Shown: positions 22,091 through 32,714, counted from the stretch's first letter. The stretch is DNA of 64,000 nucleotides from Trueperaceae bacterium (GCA_034520945.1 JAXHNB010000008.1:32001-96000); one strand, 5' to 3'. Notes: generated by a model not told the origin, from the sequence alone. Made by a program: numbers and translations.

Positions 22091-23544
22091 CGCGCCGTCT
22101 GGAGACGATCAGCCCCATCGACGGCTCGGTGTACGTGCGGCGGGACCTGGCCGGACCGTCCGAGATCGATCGAGCACTGGTCGCGGCCGAGCGGGCGCAA
22201 CCGGCCTGGCGCGACACCCCCCTGAACGACCGCATCGCCGTGGTGCGCCGCATGGTGGAGCACATGAACGAGCAGGCCGACGACATCGCGCTGGAGCTGG
22301 CCTGGCAGATGGGCCGCCCCGTCGCTGCCGGGCCTGGCGAGATCCGCGGCGGCTACGCCGAGCGGGCGCTCGGGATGGCCGACCTCGCCCCCCAAGCGCT
22401 GGCCGACCAGGCGGTGCGTTGGCAAGGCGGCACCCCCGTCCACGAGGCCCTGGCCGCGGGCGCCGGGCGGGAGGACACGCCGTCCGGGCAGCCGCACCGG
22501 CGATTGCGCGCCGTGCCGGTGGGGGTGGTGCTGGTGCTGGCGCCGTGGAACTTTCCGTTCCTGACGGCGGTGAACGCGGTCGTGCCGGCCCTGCTGGCCG
22601 GCAATGCGGTGCTCCTCAAGCACTCGGACCAGACGCCGCTGGCGGCCGAACGGATCGAGGCCGCCTTCGCGGCGGCCGGGCTGCCATCCGGTGTGTTGCA
22701 GGCGCTGCACCTGAGCCACGACGCCGTGGCCGAGGTGGTGCAGGACGAACGCGTCGGCTACGTGCACTTCACCGGCTCGGTCGAGGGCGGCCGCGCCGTC
22801 AAACGGGCCGCGGCCGAACGGTTCATCGAGGTCGGCCTCGAGCTGGGCGGCAAGGACCCCGGCTACGTCCGTGCCGACGCGGACCTGGCGCACGCCGCCG
22901 CCAATCTGGCCGACGGGGCGTTCTTCAACAGCGGCCAGTCCTGCTGCGGGATCGAACGGATCTACGTCCACCGTGACGTGTACGACCCCTTCGTCGAACG
23001 TCTGGTGTCGGAGGCTCGCGCCCTGCGGTTGGGCGACCCGCGCGACCCCGCCACCACGCTGGGTCCCATGGCCCGAACCTCCGGCGCCGAGCTGGCCCGC
23101 GCGCACGTGGACGAGGCCGTCGCGCAGGGCGCGCGGGCATTGTTGGACCCAGGCGAGTTTCCGGCTGCGAAGCGGGGCACGCCCTACCTGGCGCCGCAGG
23201 TGCTGACCGGCGTGCACCCGGGCATGCGCGTGATGCGCGAGGAGACCTTCGGCCCCGTCGTTACCGTTTCGCCGGTCGACAGTGATCAGGCCGCCATCCA
23301 AGCCATGAACGACAGCCGCTACGGGCTGACCGCCAGCGTGTGGACGCGCGACCTGGACGCGGCCCTCCGGATCGGCGGCCGGCTGGAGACCGGCACCTGC
23401 TACGCGAATCGTTGCGATTACCTGGACCCGCTGCTGGCCTGGACCGGCGTGAAGGACTCCGGCCGCGGCGTGTCGCTGTCGCGCCTGGGGTTCGGTCCGT
23501 TCACGCGGCCGATGTCGTTCCGGCTGCAGGAGCCGGGGGCGTAG
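22087..23544 (+). CDS. Aldehyde dehydrogenase, copy A
   Basis: PWNFP, FTGS, LELGGK, GQSCC, EETFGP. Confidence 0.95.
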   Translation: MTRRLETISPIDGSVYVRRDLAGPSEIDRALVAAERAQPAWRDTPLNDRIAVVRRMVEHMNEQADDIALELAWQMGRPVAAGPGEIRGGYAERALGMADLAPQALADQAVRWQGGTPVHEALAAGAGREDTPSGQPHRRLRAVPVGVVLVLAPWNFPFLTAVNAVVPALLAGNAVLLKHSDQTPLAAERIEAAFAAAGLPSGVLQALHLSHDAVAEVVQDERVGYVHFTGSVEGGRAVKRAAAERFIEVGLELGGKDPGYVRADADLAHAAANLADGAFFNSGQSCCGIERIYVHRDVYDPFVERLVSEARALRLGDPRDPATTLGPMARTSGAELARAHVDEAVAQGARALLDPGEFPAAKRGTPYLAPQVLTGVHPGMRVMREETFGPVVTVSPVDSDQAAIQAMNDSRYGLTASVWTRDLDAALRIGGRLETGTCYANRCDYLDPLLAWTGVKDSGRGVSLSRLGFGPFTRPMSFRLQEPGA

Positions 23545-23596
23545 CCGTGAGACGTGCGAGCCAGTCGGGCGTGGCCGGTGGGGGAGAGATGGGCGC

Positions 23597-24202
23597 ATGC
23601 AGCCGCGCGACCTGACCCTGCCGGCCGTGCCGTCGGCGATGACGTGGGAGGTGCCCCCCGCCGCGTTCGAGGTGCTCGGCGACGATGCCTTCGCCGTCAC
23701 CGCCCCACCGAAGTCCGACCTGTTCCATAGCCCCGAGGGCGAGCGCGCGGTCGCGACGAGCCCCAGGGCGACCTTCCCGGTCACGGCGCCCTGCCTGCTG
23801 TCGGCGCGCGTGCGGGTGGGGTTCCGGGACGCCTTCGACGCGGGCGCGTTGTTGGTCTACCAAGGGAAACGAAGCTGGGCGAAGTTGTGCCTGGAGCGCG
23901 CCCCGACGTTTCCGACGGTGGTGTCCGTCGTCACGCGCGGCTCCTCGGACGACGCCAACGCCTGGCGCGTGGAGGGGGACGCCGTCTGGCTTCGCGTCGC
24001 GGTGCGCACGTGCGAGATCGCGTTTCACGCCTCGACGGACGGGGTGCGGTGGGACCTGGTGCGCCACTTCGCGCTGGAGGCGGGGGCCGAGACCCGCATC
24101 GGGGTTTCGTGCCAGTCGCCGGTCGGGGAGGGGTGCGAGACGCAGTTCAGCGGCGTTCGCTTCCGCGAGGCGTTGCTCGACGACATTCGCTCGGGGGCGT
24201 AG
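23597..24202 (+). CDS. DUF1349 family (ConA-like) protein, copy A
   Basis: SDLF, FDAGAL, WAKLCLE, SVVTRG.SDD, QSP.G. Confidence 0.8.
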   Translation: MQPRDLTLPAVPSAMTWEVPPAAFEVLGDDAFAVTAPPKSDLFHSPEGERAVATSPRATFPVTAPCLLSARVRVGFRDAFDAGALLVYQGKRSWAKLCLERAPTFPTVVSVVTRGSSDDANAWRVEGDAVWLRVAVRTCEIAFHASTDGVRWDLVRHFALEAGAETRIGVSCQSPVGEGCETQFSGVRFREALLDDIRSGA

Positions 24203-24247
24203 CACGCGCTTTGGCCCCGAGCGGTCGTCGAGCCTGGCGGCCGAGCG

Positions 24248-24967
24248 TCACGCCATGCGGAGCAGTTCGTGCCCCACCATGCCGACCAGGAACCCCAGCA
24301 CGCCGCCCAACGCGGGGAGCCAGTGCCGCTCCAAGCGTGCCTGCGGCGCCAGGTCCTGAAACGTCAGGTAGAGAATGCCGCCCGCCGCGACCAGCATCAC
24401 GACGCCGGTCGCGGCCGTGAAGGGCGCCAGCAGGAAGTAGCCCGCCAGTCCGGCGACCGCGCCCAGGGCGGCGAAGCCCAGGAACGGGGCGAACCGAGGT
24501 CGCGACGCGCCCGAAGCGTCGTGGGCCTCCCGGTAGGCGTTGAAGCCCTCCGGGAGGTTCTGCAGTGCGATCAGCAGGGCCAACGCCGGCCCGCCGCCCG
24601 CGCCGCTGGCCGCGATGGCGCCCAGGGCGGCGGCCTCCGGCAGAAAGTCGGCCAGCATCGCGACCGTCTGCGCCTTGCGGGCGCCGCGGCGCGCCAGCGC
24701 CACGTCCAACGCCATGAACCCGGTGCCGCCGGCGAGGAACGCCGACGCGCTTCCCCACAACGGCAGCGCGTTCAGGCCCTCGGGGACCAGCACCAACGCC
24801 ACGGCGGCCAGCAGCGCCCCCGCCCCGAAGGCGATCACGCCGTGGCGAAGCTCGTTCTCCAGCCACTGCGGGCGGATGTGCTCGTTCATTGCCAACGCCG
24901 CGCCGGCCGGTATAGCGGCACCTGCGCCAAGGGCGTACAGCGCGACGACCAGCCAGGGCGGAAGCAT
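24248..24967 (-). CDS. ZIP family metal transporter, copy A
   Basis: AFGAGALL, DFLPEA, LQNLPEG, AAGGILY; leaderless TACCAT promoter. Confidence 0.85.
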   Translation of the reverse strand: MLPPWLVVALYALGAGAAIPAGAALAMNEHIRPQWLENELRHGVIAFGAGALLAAVALVLVPEGLNALPLWGSASAFLAGGTGFMALDVALARRGARKAQTVAMLADFLPEAAALGAIAASGAGGGPALALLIALQNLPEGFNAYREAHDASGASRPRFAPFLGFAALGAVAGLAGYFLLAPFTAATGVVMLVAAGGILYLTFQDLAPQARLERHWLPALGGVLGFLVGMVGHELLRMA

Positions 24968-25212
24968 GGGGTCATGGTAGACGAGGCGGGCCGGCCAGCG
25001 GGCTACATGGCCGTGCGGTGGAACGTGATCGGTACGCGTGCCACGACGGGTTCGCCCTCGGCCTCGTACGCCCGCACGCCTCGCCGGGTCGCGGTAGCAT
25101 CCGACATGCTCCAGGACCCATGCACCCGCGTACGCCCGCGACGACCGATGCACGGCGAGGTGCCCCGCCGTTGGGCCGTCCCGACCCACCACCGCCCGGT
25201 CGAGGGCGCGTC

Positions 25213-26601
25213 GTGACCGCGGAGCGGGGGATGCTCGACCTGGACGCCCTGACCGAAGCGGTCGCGGCGGGCACGATCGATACCGTGCTGGTGGCGTTCT
25301 CCGGGCCGTACGGAAGGCTGCTGGGCAAGCGCCTGGACGCGGAGTACTTCGTGTACTCCGCCGCCGCGTCCGGCACACACGTGTGCGACTACCTGCTGAC
25401 GGCCGACATGGAGATGGAGCCGGTGCAGGGCTACGACTTCGCCAACTGGCACACCGGGTACGGCGACGTGAAGCTGCGCCCGGACCTCGCCACCCTGCGG
25501 CACGCCAGTTGGCTGGACCGTAGCGCCATCGTCATGTGCGACGTACTGAATACCCAAAGCGGGGAACCAACGACGGTGGCGCCCCGCTCGATCCTCGCGG
25601 GACAGGTCGAGCGATTGGTTCAGCGCGGCTTCCAGGCGGAGGCCGCCTCGGAACTGGAGTACTACCTCTACGAGGAGGACTACCGGCAGGCATCATTGCA
25701 GGGGCACGCCGATCTGCAGCCGGTGGGTTGGTACCTGGAGGACTACCACCTGCTGCAGGGCACGCGCGAGGAGGGGTTCACCGCCGAGGCGCGGCGGCAC
25801 CTGCGGGCGTCCGGCATTCCCGTCGAGAGTTCCAAGGGCGAGTGGGGCCTGGGGCAGCACGAGGTCAACGTGCGGCACGCCGAGGTGTCGGCGATGGCCG
25901 ATCGGCACGCCCTGTTCAAGCAGTGCCTCAAGGAGGTCGCCGATCGCGTCGGGGTGAGCGTCACCTTCATGGCGAAGCCGCACGCGGGGCAGGCCGGTTC
26001 CTCCTGCCACCTGCACCTCAGCCTGTGGCACGGGGGCGCCAACGCCTTCGCCGGCTGGACGCCCGACTCGGAGGACGGCCGGGATCACGGCAGCGACCTG
26101 TTCCGGCACTTCCTGGCCGGCTGGATGGCGCACGTGCACGAAACGATGGTGTTCTACGCCCCCACCGTGAACGCCTACAAGCGCTTCGAGACCGCCTCGT
26201 GGGCGCCAACGCGGGCCGCCTGGAGCTTCGACAACCGCACCGGCGGGTTCCGCGTGGTGGGGCATGGCCCCAGCCTGCGGATCGAGTGCCGCATCCCCGG
26301 CGCCGACGTGAACCCGCACCTGGCGTACGCCGCGGCGCTGGCGTCCGGCCTGGACGGCATCGAACGGGAACTCGAACCGCCCGCCGCCTTCGACGGCGAC
26401 GTGTACGGCGCCACCGAGCTGCCGCTCCTGCCGACGAGCCTGCGGGAGGCCACCGACCTGTTCGAAGGCAGCGACTTCGCGCGCGCCGCGTTCGGGGACG
26501 AGGTGGTGGACCACTACGTGCACTTCTTCCGGACCGAGCAGGCGGCCTTCGACGCCAGCGTGACCGACTGGGAGCGACAGCGCTACTTCGAGCGCATTTG
26601 A
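25213..26601 (+). CDS. Glutamine synthetase-like gamma-glutamylamine synthetase, copy B
   Basis: Near-identical to 19846-21234. Confidence 0.9.
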   Translation: MTAERGMLDLDALTEAVAAGTIDTVLVAFSGPYGRLLGKRLDAEYFVYSAAASGTHVCDYLLTADMEMEPVQGYDFANWHTGYGDVKLRPDLATLRHASWLDRSAIVMCDVLNTQSGEPTTVAPRSILAGQVERLVQRGFQAEAASELEYYLYEEDYRQASLQGHADLQPVGWYLEDYHLLQGTREEGFTAEARRHLRASGIPVESSKGEWGLGQHEVNVRHAEVSAMADRHALFKQCLKEVADRVGVSVTFMAKPHAGQAGSSCHLHLSLWHGGANAFAGWTPDSEDGRDHGSDLFRHFLAGWMAHVHETMVFYAPTVNAYKRFETASWAPTRAAWSFDNRTGGFRVVGHGPSLRIECRIPGADVNPHLAYAAALASGLDGIERELEPPAAFDGDVYGATELPLLPTSLREATDLFEGSDFARAAFGDEVVDHYVHFFRTEQAAFDASVTDWERQRYFERI

Positions 26602-26665
26602 ATCACGGCGCATAGGGCCCGGTAGAACGAGAGGCCCCGTGACCGTGGAGGGGAATGGTGAAGTC

Positions 26666-27457
26666 ATGAACGCGAACGCCGAAGGGCGGCTGGCCGACAA
26701 GGTCGCCCTCATCACCGGGGCCGGCAGCGGCATCGGGCGCGAGACGGCGCTCCGCTTCGCGGGCGAAGGGGCCGCGGTGGTGGTCGCCGACGTGCAGGAC
26801 GACGCCGGCCGCGCCACCGTCGCCGACGTCGAGGCGGCCGGCGGCCAGGCCGACTTCGTCCACGCCGACGTGTCGCAGGCGGCGGACTGCGAAGCGATGA
26901 TCGCCTTCGCGGAGGACCGCTTCGGCCACCTGGACGTGCTGTTCAACAACGCCGGCATCATGGACGGCCGCGACAATGATGCCGTGAGCACCGAGGAGGA
27001 GGTGTGGGACGTCACCATGGCCGTGAACGCCAAGGGGGTGTACTTTGGCTGCAAGTACGGCGTGCCGGCGCTGCGGCGGGCGGGCGGCGGATCGATCATC
27101 AACACCGCGTCGTTCGTGGCGCTGCGCGGCGCCGCCACCCCGCAGATCGCCTACACCGCCAGCAAGGGCGCGGTGCTGGCCCTCACCCGTGAACTGGCGG
27201 TGGTGCACGCCCGCGAGAACATCCGCGTCAACGCGCTGTGCCCCGGTCCGCTCCGCACCGAGCTGCTGATGAAGGTCCTCGACACCGAGGAGAAGCGCCA
27301 GCGTCGCTTGGTGCACGTACCGATGGGCCGTTTCGGCGAGGCACGCGAGATGGCCGAGGCGGCGCTGTACCTGGCCGACGACGCCTCCTCCTACGTCACC
27401 GGCAGCGAACTCACCGTGGACGGCGGTCTCACCGCCGCGTACGTGACGCCGGAATGA
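26666..27457 (+). CDS. Short-chain dehydrogenase/reductase, copy B
   Basis: Near-identical to copy A. Confidence 0.95.
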   Translation: MNANAEGRLADKVALITGAGSGIGRETALRFAGEGAAVVVADVQDDAGRATVADVEAAGGQADFVHADVSQAADCEAMIAFAEDRFGHLDVLFNNAGIMDGRDNDAVSTEEEVWDVTMAVNAKGVYFGCKYGVPALRRAGGGSIINTASFVALRGAATPQIAYTASKGAVLALTRELAVVHARENIRVNALCPGPLRTELLMKVLDTEEKRQRRLVHVPMGRFGEAREMAEAALYLADDASSYVTGSELTVDGGLTAAYVTPE

Positions 27458-28911
27458 CGCGCCGTCTGGAGACGATCAGCCCCATCGACGGCTCGGTGTA
27501 CGTGCGGCGGGACCTGGCCGGACCGTCCGAGATCGATCGAGCACTGGTCGCGGCCGAGCGGGCGCAACCGGCCTGGCGCGACACCCCCCTGAACGACCGC
27601 ATCGCCGTGGTGCGCCGCATGGTGGAGCACATGAACGAGCAGGCCGACGACATCGCGCTGGAGCTGGCCTGGCAGATGGGCCGCCCCGTCGCTGCCGGGC
27701 CTGGCGAGATCCGCGGCGGCTACGCCGAGCGGGCGCTCGGGATGGCCGACCTCGCCCCCCAAGCGCTGGCCGACCAGGCGGTGCGTTGGCAAGGCGGCAC
27801 CCCCGTCCACGAGGCCCTGGCCGCGGGCGCCGGGCGGGAGGACACGCCGTCCGGGCAGCCGCACCGGCGATTGCGCGCCGTGCCGGTGGGGGTGGTGCTG
27901 GTGCTGGCGCCGTGGAACTTCCCGTTCCTGACGGCGGTGAACGCGGTCGTGCCGGCTTTGCTGGCCGGCAATGCGGTGCTCCTCAAGCACTCGGACCAGA
28001 CGCCGCTGGCGGCCGAACGGATGGAGGCCGCCTTCGCGGCGGCCGGGCTGCCATCCGGCGTGCTGCAGGCGCTGCACCTGAGCCACGACGCCGTGGCCGA
28101 GGTGGTGCAGGACGAACGCGTCGGGTACGTGCACTTCACCGGCTCGGTCGAGGGCGGCCGCGCCGTCAAACGGGCCGCGGCCGAACGGTTCATCGAGGTC
28201 GGCCTCGAGCTGGGCGGCAAGGACCCCGGCTACGTCCGTGCCGACGCGGACCTGGCGCACGCCGCCGCCAATCTGGCCGACGGGGCGTTCTTCAACAGCG
28301 GCCAGTCCTGCTGCGGGATCGAACGGATCTACGTCCACCGTGACGTGTACGACCCCTTCGTCGAACGTCTGGTGTCGGAGGCTCGCGCCCTGCGGTTGGG
28401 CGACCCGCGCGACCCCGCCACCACGCTGGGTCCCATGGCCCGAACCTCCGGCGCCGAGCTGGCCCGCGCGCACGTGGACGAGGCCGTCGCGCAGGGCGCG
28501 CGGGCATTGTTGGACCCAGGCGAGTTTCCGGCTGCGAAGCGGGGCACGCCCTACCTGGCGCCGCAGGTGCTGACCGGCGTGCACCCGGGCATGCGCGTGA
28601 TGCGCGAGGAGACCTTCGGCCCCGTCGTTACCGTTTCGCCGGTCGACAGTGATCAGGTCGCCATCCAAGCCATGAACGACAGCCGCTACGGGCTGACCGC
28701 CAGCGTGTGGACGCGCGACCTGGACGCGGCCCTCCGGATCGGTGGCCGGCTGGAGACCGGCACCTGCTACGCGAATCGTTGCGATTACCTGGACCCGCTG
28801 CTGGCCTGGACCGGCGTGAAGGACTCCGGCCGCGGCGTGTCGCTGTCGCGCCTGGGGTTCGGTCCGTTCACGCGGCCGATGTCGTTCCGGCTGCAGGAGC
28901 CGGGGGCGTAG
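27454..28911 (+). CDS. Aldehyde dehydrogenase, copy B
   Basis: Near-identical to copy A. Confidence 0.95.
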   Translation: MTRRLETISPIDGSVYVRRDLAGPSEIDRALVAAERAQPAWRDTPLNDRIAVVRRMVEHMNEQADDIALELAWQMGRPVAAGPGEIRGGYAERALGMADLAPQALADQAVRWQGGTPVHEALAAGAGREDTPSGQPHRRLRAVPVGVVLVLAPWNFPFLTAVNAVVPALLAGNAVLLKHSDQTPLAAERMEAAFAAAGLPSGVLQALHLSHDAVAEVVQDERVGYVHFTGSVEGGRAVKRAAAERFIEVGLELGGKDPGYVRADADLAHAAANLADGAFFNSGQSCCGIERIYVHRDVYDPFVERLVSEARALRLGDPRDPATTLGPMARTSGAELARAHVDEAVAQGARALLDPGEFPAAKRGTPYLAPQVLTGVHPGMRVMREETFGPVVTVSPVDSDQVAIQAMNDSRYGLTASVWTRDLDAALRIGGRLETGTCYANRCDYLDPLLAWTGVKDSGRGVSLSRLGFGPFTRPMSFRLQEPGA

Positions 28912-28963
28912 CCGTGAGACGTGCGAGCCAGTCGGGCGTGGCCGGTGGGGGAGAGATGGGCGC

Positions 28964-29569
28964 ATGCAGCCGCGCGACCTGACCCTGCCGGCCGTGCCGT
29001 CGGCGATGACGTGGGAGGTGCCCCCCGCCGCGTTCGAGGTGCTCGGCGACGATGCCTTCGCCGTCACCGCCCCACCGAAGTCCGACCTGTTCCATAGCCC
29101 CGAGGGCGAGCGCGCGATCGCCACGAGCCCCAGGGCGACCTTCCCGGTCACGGCGCCCTGCCTGCTGTCGGCGCGCGTGCAGGTGAGGTTCTGGGACGCC
29201 TTCGACGCGGGCGCGTTGTTGGTCTACCAAGGGAAACGAAGCTGGGCGAAGTTGTGCCTGGAGCGCGCCCCGACGTTTCCGACGGTGGTGTCCGTCGTCA
29301 CGCGCGGCTCCTCGGACGACGCCAACGCCTGGCGCGTGGAGGGGGACGCCGTTTGGCTTCGCGTCGCGGTGCGCACGCGGGAGATCGCGTTTCACGCCTC
29401 GACGGACGGGGTGCGGTGGGACCTGGTGCGCCACTTCGCGCTGGAGGCGGGAGCCGAGACCCGCATCGGGGTTTCGTGCCAGTCGCCGGTCGGGGAGGGG
29501 TGCGAGACGCAGTTCAGCGGCGTTCGCTTCCGCGAGGCGTTGCTCGACGACATTCGCTCGGGGGCGTAA
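28964..29569 (+). CDS. DUF1349 family protein, copy B
   Basis: Near-identical to copy A. Confidence 0.8.
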   Translation: MQPRDLTLPAVPSAMTWEVPPAAFEVLGDDAFAVTAPPKSDLFHSPEGERAIATSPRATFPVTAPCLLSARVQVRFWDAFDAGALLVYQGKRSWAKLCLERAPTFPTVVSVVTRGSSDDANAWRVEGDAVWLRVAVRTREIAFHASTDGVRWDLVRHFALEAGAETRIGVSCQSPVGEGCETQFSGVRFREALLDDIRSGA

Positions 29570-29617
29570 CGCGCGCTTGGGCCCCCGAACGGGCGTGTCG
29601 CGCCCGGTGGCCGGGCG

Positions 29618-30337
29618 TCACGCCATGCGGAGCAGTTCGTGCCCCACCATGCCGACCAGGAACCCCAGCACGCCGCCCAACGCGGGGAGCCAGTGCTGCT
29701 CCAAGCGTGCCTGCGGCGCCAAATCCTGAAACGTCAGGTAGAGAATGCCGCCCGCCGCGACCAGCATCACGACGCCGGTCGCGGCCGTGAAGGGCGCCAG
29801 CAGGAAGTAGCCCGCCAGTCCGGCGACCGCGCCCAGGGCGGCGAAGCCCAGGAACGGGGCGAACGGGGGTCGCGACGCGCCCGAAGCGTCGTGGGCCTCC
29901 CGGTAGGCGTTGAAGCCCTCCGGGAGGTTTTGCAGTGCGATCAGCAGGGCCAACGCCGGCCCGCCGCCCGCGCCGCTGGCCGCGATGGCGCCCAGGGCGG
30001 CGGCCTCCGGCAGGAAGTCGGCCAGCATCGCGACCGTCTGCGCCTTGCGGGCGCCCCGGCGCGCCAGCGCCACGTCCAACGCCATGAACCCGGTGCCGCC
30101 GGCGAGGAACGCCGACGCGCTTCCCCACAACGGCAGCACGTTCAGGCCCTCGGGGACCAGCACCAACGCCACGGCGGCCAGAAGGGCCCCCGCCCCGAAG
30201 GCGATCACGCCGTGGCGAAGCTCGTTCTCCAGCCACTGCGGGCGGATGTGCTCGTTCATTGCCAACGCCGCGCCGGCCGGTATAGCGGCACCTGCGCCAA
30301 GGGCGTACAGCGCGACGACCAGCCAGGGCGGAAGCAT
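29618..30337 (-). CDS. ZIP family metal transporter, copy B
   Basis: Near-identical to copy A. Confidence 0.85.
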   Translation of the reverse strand: MLPPWLVVALYALGAGAAIPAGAALAMNEHIRPQWLENELRHGVIAFGAGALLAAVALVLVPEGLNVLPLWGSASAFLAGGTGFMALDVALARRGARKAQTVAMLADFLPEAAALGAIAASGAGGGPALALLIALQNLPEGFNAYREAHDASGASRPPFAPFLGFAALGAVAGLAGYFLLAPFTAATGVVMLVAAGGILYLTFQDLAPQARLEQHWLPALGGVLGFLVGMVGHELLRMA

Positions 30338-30566
30338 GGGGTCATGGTAGACGAGGCGGGCGGGCAGGCGGGCTACATGGCCGTGCGGTGGAACGTGATC
30401 GGTACGCGTGCCACGACGGGTTCGCCCTCGGCCTCGTACGCGCCGCCCCGGTTCGGAGTGGCGCACTCTCGGTGGCCGGTGCAGGCCCGGCCCGCGGGGG
30501 TACCCTGCAAGGACGCAAGATCCGCCATCAGCGTAGGCTGGATGGCGCGCGAGAGGAGCGTGAGCG

Positions 30567-30947
30567 ATGACGCGACGCAAGGAACCGTTCGGGAGCGCCG
30601 CTGCCCCGTTGACGCCCGCCCTGCGGGTGGGCGACACCGTCTACGTGTCCGGCCAGGTGCCGGTGGGTCCGGATGGGAAGGTAGCGGGCGACGAGGTGCG
30701 TACGCAGACGAAGCAGGTGCTGGAGAACATGGAGGCGCAGTTGCAGGCGGCGGGCGCGACGCGGGCGGACGTCGTGAAGACGCTGGTCGTGCTGCCGCAC
30801 GTCAAGCGTGACTTTGCCGCCATGAACGAGGTGTACAGCGCGTTCTTTCCGGACCCGAAGCCGGCGCGGACCACCCTGGGTGGGGAGCTCGCCATCGACA
30901 TCCTGGTGGAGATCGAGGCGATAGCGGTGATCGACGCCGGCCGCTGA
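30567..30947 (+). CDS. RidA/YjgF family protein
   Basis: VYVSGQ, QTKQVLEN, VVK, FAAMNEVY..FF..PKPART, VEIEAIA. Confidence 0.92.
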   Translation: MTRRKEPFGSAAAPLTPALRVGDTVYVSGQVPVGPDGKVAGDEVRTQTKQVLENMEAQLQAAGATRADVVKTLVVLPHVKRDFAAMNEVYSAFFPDPKPARTTLGGELAIDILVEIEAIAVIDAGR

Positions 30948-30971
30948 CGTGCGTGCGCCGCACCAGGAGCC

Positions 30972-32042
30972 TTACGGCGTGGCGCGCTCGGGCTCCGGCG
31001 TCGTCGCGGTGGGCGGGAAGGCGCGGCGGCGCAACCACAGGGCGACGTGCACCAGGCCGATCAGGACGGGCACTTCGACGAGGGGACCGATGACGGCGGC
31101 GAACGCGACGCCGGACCCCAGGCCGAACACGCTGATCGCGACGGCCAACGCCAGTTCGAAATTGTTGCTGGCCGCCGTGAACGACAATGTCGTGGTCTTC
31201 GCGTAGTCCGCGCCGATCAGGCGGCCCATCGCGAAACTGATCAGGAACATGATCACGAAGTACAAGAACAACGGCACCGCGATGGTGATCACGTCGAGCG
31301 GGATTTGCACGATCGTCTCGCCCTTCAGGCTGAACATCATCACGATCGTGAACAACAACGCCACCAGCGTGAGCGGCCCGATGCGCGGCAGGAACACGCG
31401 ATCGTACCAATCGCGCCCCATGCGCGGGATCAGGATCACGCGACTGAGGATGCCCGCCGCGAACGGCACGCCCAAGTAGATCAGCACGGCTTGCGCGATC
31501 TCGATGAAGGTGACGTCCACGATGCTGCCCTGCAACCCCAACCAGGCCGGCAGGACGGTGATGAACACGTACGCGTACGCCCCGAAGAACAAAATCTGGA
31601 ACACGCTGTTGAACGCCACCAGGCCCGCCGCGTACTCGTTGTCGCCCTCCGCCAGGTCGTTCCACACCAGCACCATCGCGATGCAGCGCGCCAACCCGAT
31701 CAGGATCAACCCCACCATGTACTCCGGGTGCCCCCGGAGGAACACCACCGCCAGGACGAACATCAGGACGGGCCCGATCAGCCAGTTCTGAATCAGTGAC
31801 AACCCCAACACCCGCCAGTTGCGGAACACCCGCGGCAACGCCCTGTACCGGACCTTCGCCAGTGGCGGGTACATCATCACGATCAACCCGATCGCGATCG
31901 GAATGTTCGTACTGCCCACGCTGAGCGCTTCCAACGCCCGCCCGAACGCCGGCACGGACCACCCCAACAGCACGCCCAAGCCCATCGCCGTGAAGATCCA
32001 CAGCGTCAGGAACCGGTCCAGTACCGACAAGCGCCGTGTCAC
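30972..32042 (-). CDS. acr3: ACR3 family arsenite efflux transporter
   Basis: [48 protein letters not shown]. Confidence 0.95.
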   Translation of the reverse strand: MTRRLSVLDRFLTLWIFTAMGLGVLLGWSVPAFGRALEALSVGSTNIPIAIGLIVMMYPPLAKVRYRALPRVFRNWRVLGLSLIQNWLIGPVLMFVLAVVFLRGHPEYMVGLILIGLARCIAMVLVWNDLAEGDNEYAAGLVAFNSVFQILFFGAYAYVFITVLPAWLGLQGSIVDVTFIEIAQAVLIYLGVPFAAGILSRVILIPRMGRDWYDRVFLPRIGPLTLVALLFTIVMMFSLKGETIVQIPLDVITIAVPLFLYFVIMFLISFAMGRLIGADYAKTTTLSFTAASNNFELALAVAISVFGLGSGVAFAAVIGPLVEVPVLIGLVHVALWLRRRAFPPTATTPEPERATP

Positions 32043-32362
32043 GCCGTCACCCCCTCGCCCGCGCGGGCGTCCGCCGCGCGGGCGAACCGCTCGAACGTGC
32101 CCGCCAACACCCGCAACGCCTCCGCGTCGAGTTCGTAGTGCACCCACCTGCCCTCACGCGCGGCACGCACCACGCCCGCCTCCACCAACCGCTTCATGTG
32201 ATGACTCACCGTCGGCTGCGACAACCCCAAGAACGCCTCCAAGTCACAACCACACACGCCATCATCATGGCGGCACTGCGACTGGACCGGAGCGGCGAGA
32301 AACTCCAAGATCGCGAAGCGGGTGGGATCGGCCAGGGCGGAAAGGACGGTCGAGGTGGTCAT
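32039..32362 (-). CDS. arsR: ArsR family transcriptional regulator
   Basis: [22 protein letters not shown]; overlaps acr3; leaderless TATGCT promoter. Confidence 0.92.
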   Translation of the reverse strand: MTTSTVLSALADPTRFAILEFLAAPVQSQCRHDDGVCGCDLEAFLGLSQPTVSHHMKRLVEAGVVRAAREGRWVHYELDAEALRVLAGTFERFARAADARAGEGVTA

Positions 32363-32584
32363 GGCGTGAGCATACCGCGACGTATCGATGCGGGCCTATA
32401 TGACGAAGGTCCCGCTTGCGTTCGAACAAGGATGCGCGGGGCGGCGGGGGTGTTCCGTGGGGCATGTGGGGCGGAGGAACTCCAAGGGGAGCCGCTTCAG
32501 GAGCGTATGCATGCGTGGATCTTCTTCGTCGCTCGCCTCCAGCAATGCGCGGCGCGATCCGTGCCGCTTCGTTCAATGCCTTGA

Positions 32585-32638
32585 CGAACGTTGTTCGCTA
32601 TGCAACATTGAGCCATCGTTGCTTGAGAACGGTGTTCT
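32585..32638. promoter_or_regulatory. Two GAAC-N3-GTTC palindromes, putative IclR operators
   Basis: CGAACGTTGTTCG (32585) and AGAACGGTGTTCT (32626) next to a TTGACG -35. Confidence 0.45.
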
Positions 32639-32714
32639 GTGTTAGAGAACACGAGCAAGAGATTAGGCCTCTCATACGTCGTCTTGTCATGTTCGTAGAC
32701 CGAACGGAGACCAC

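Larger units (their letters stand above)
19707..30441. repeat. Tandem duplication of ~5.37 kb (copy A ~19707-25071, copy B ~25074-30441)
   Basis: Five genes repeated at offset 5367-5370 with scattered substitutions. Confidence 0.97.

Noticed and set aside
22024..23784. Long antisense ORFs (also 20326-21771, 27391-29151, 40148-41791, 50911-53061 and many others)
   Set aside because: Shadow frames of real genes in high-GC DNA; Arg/Pro/Ala-rich with no motifs.
25040..25100. IS or att site at the duplication junction
   Set aside because: No transposase, integrase, terminal inverted repeats or target-site duplication is visible.
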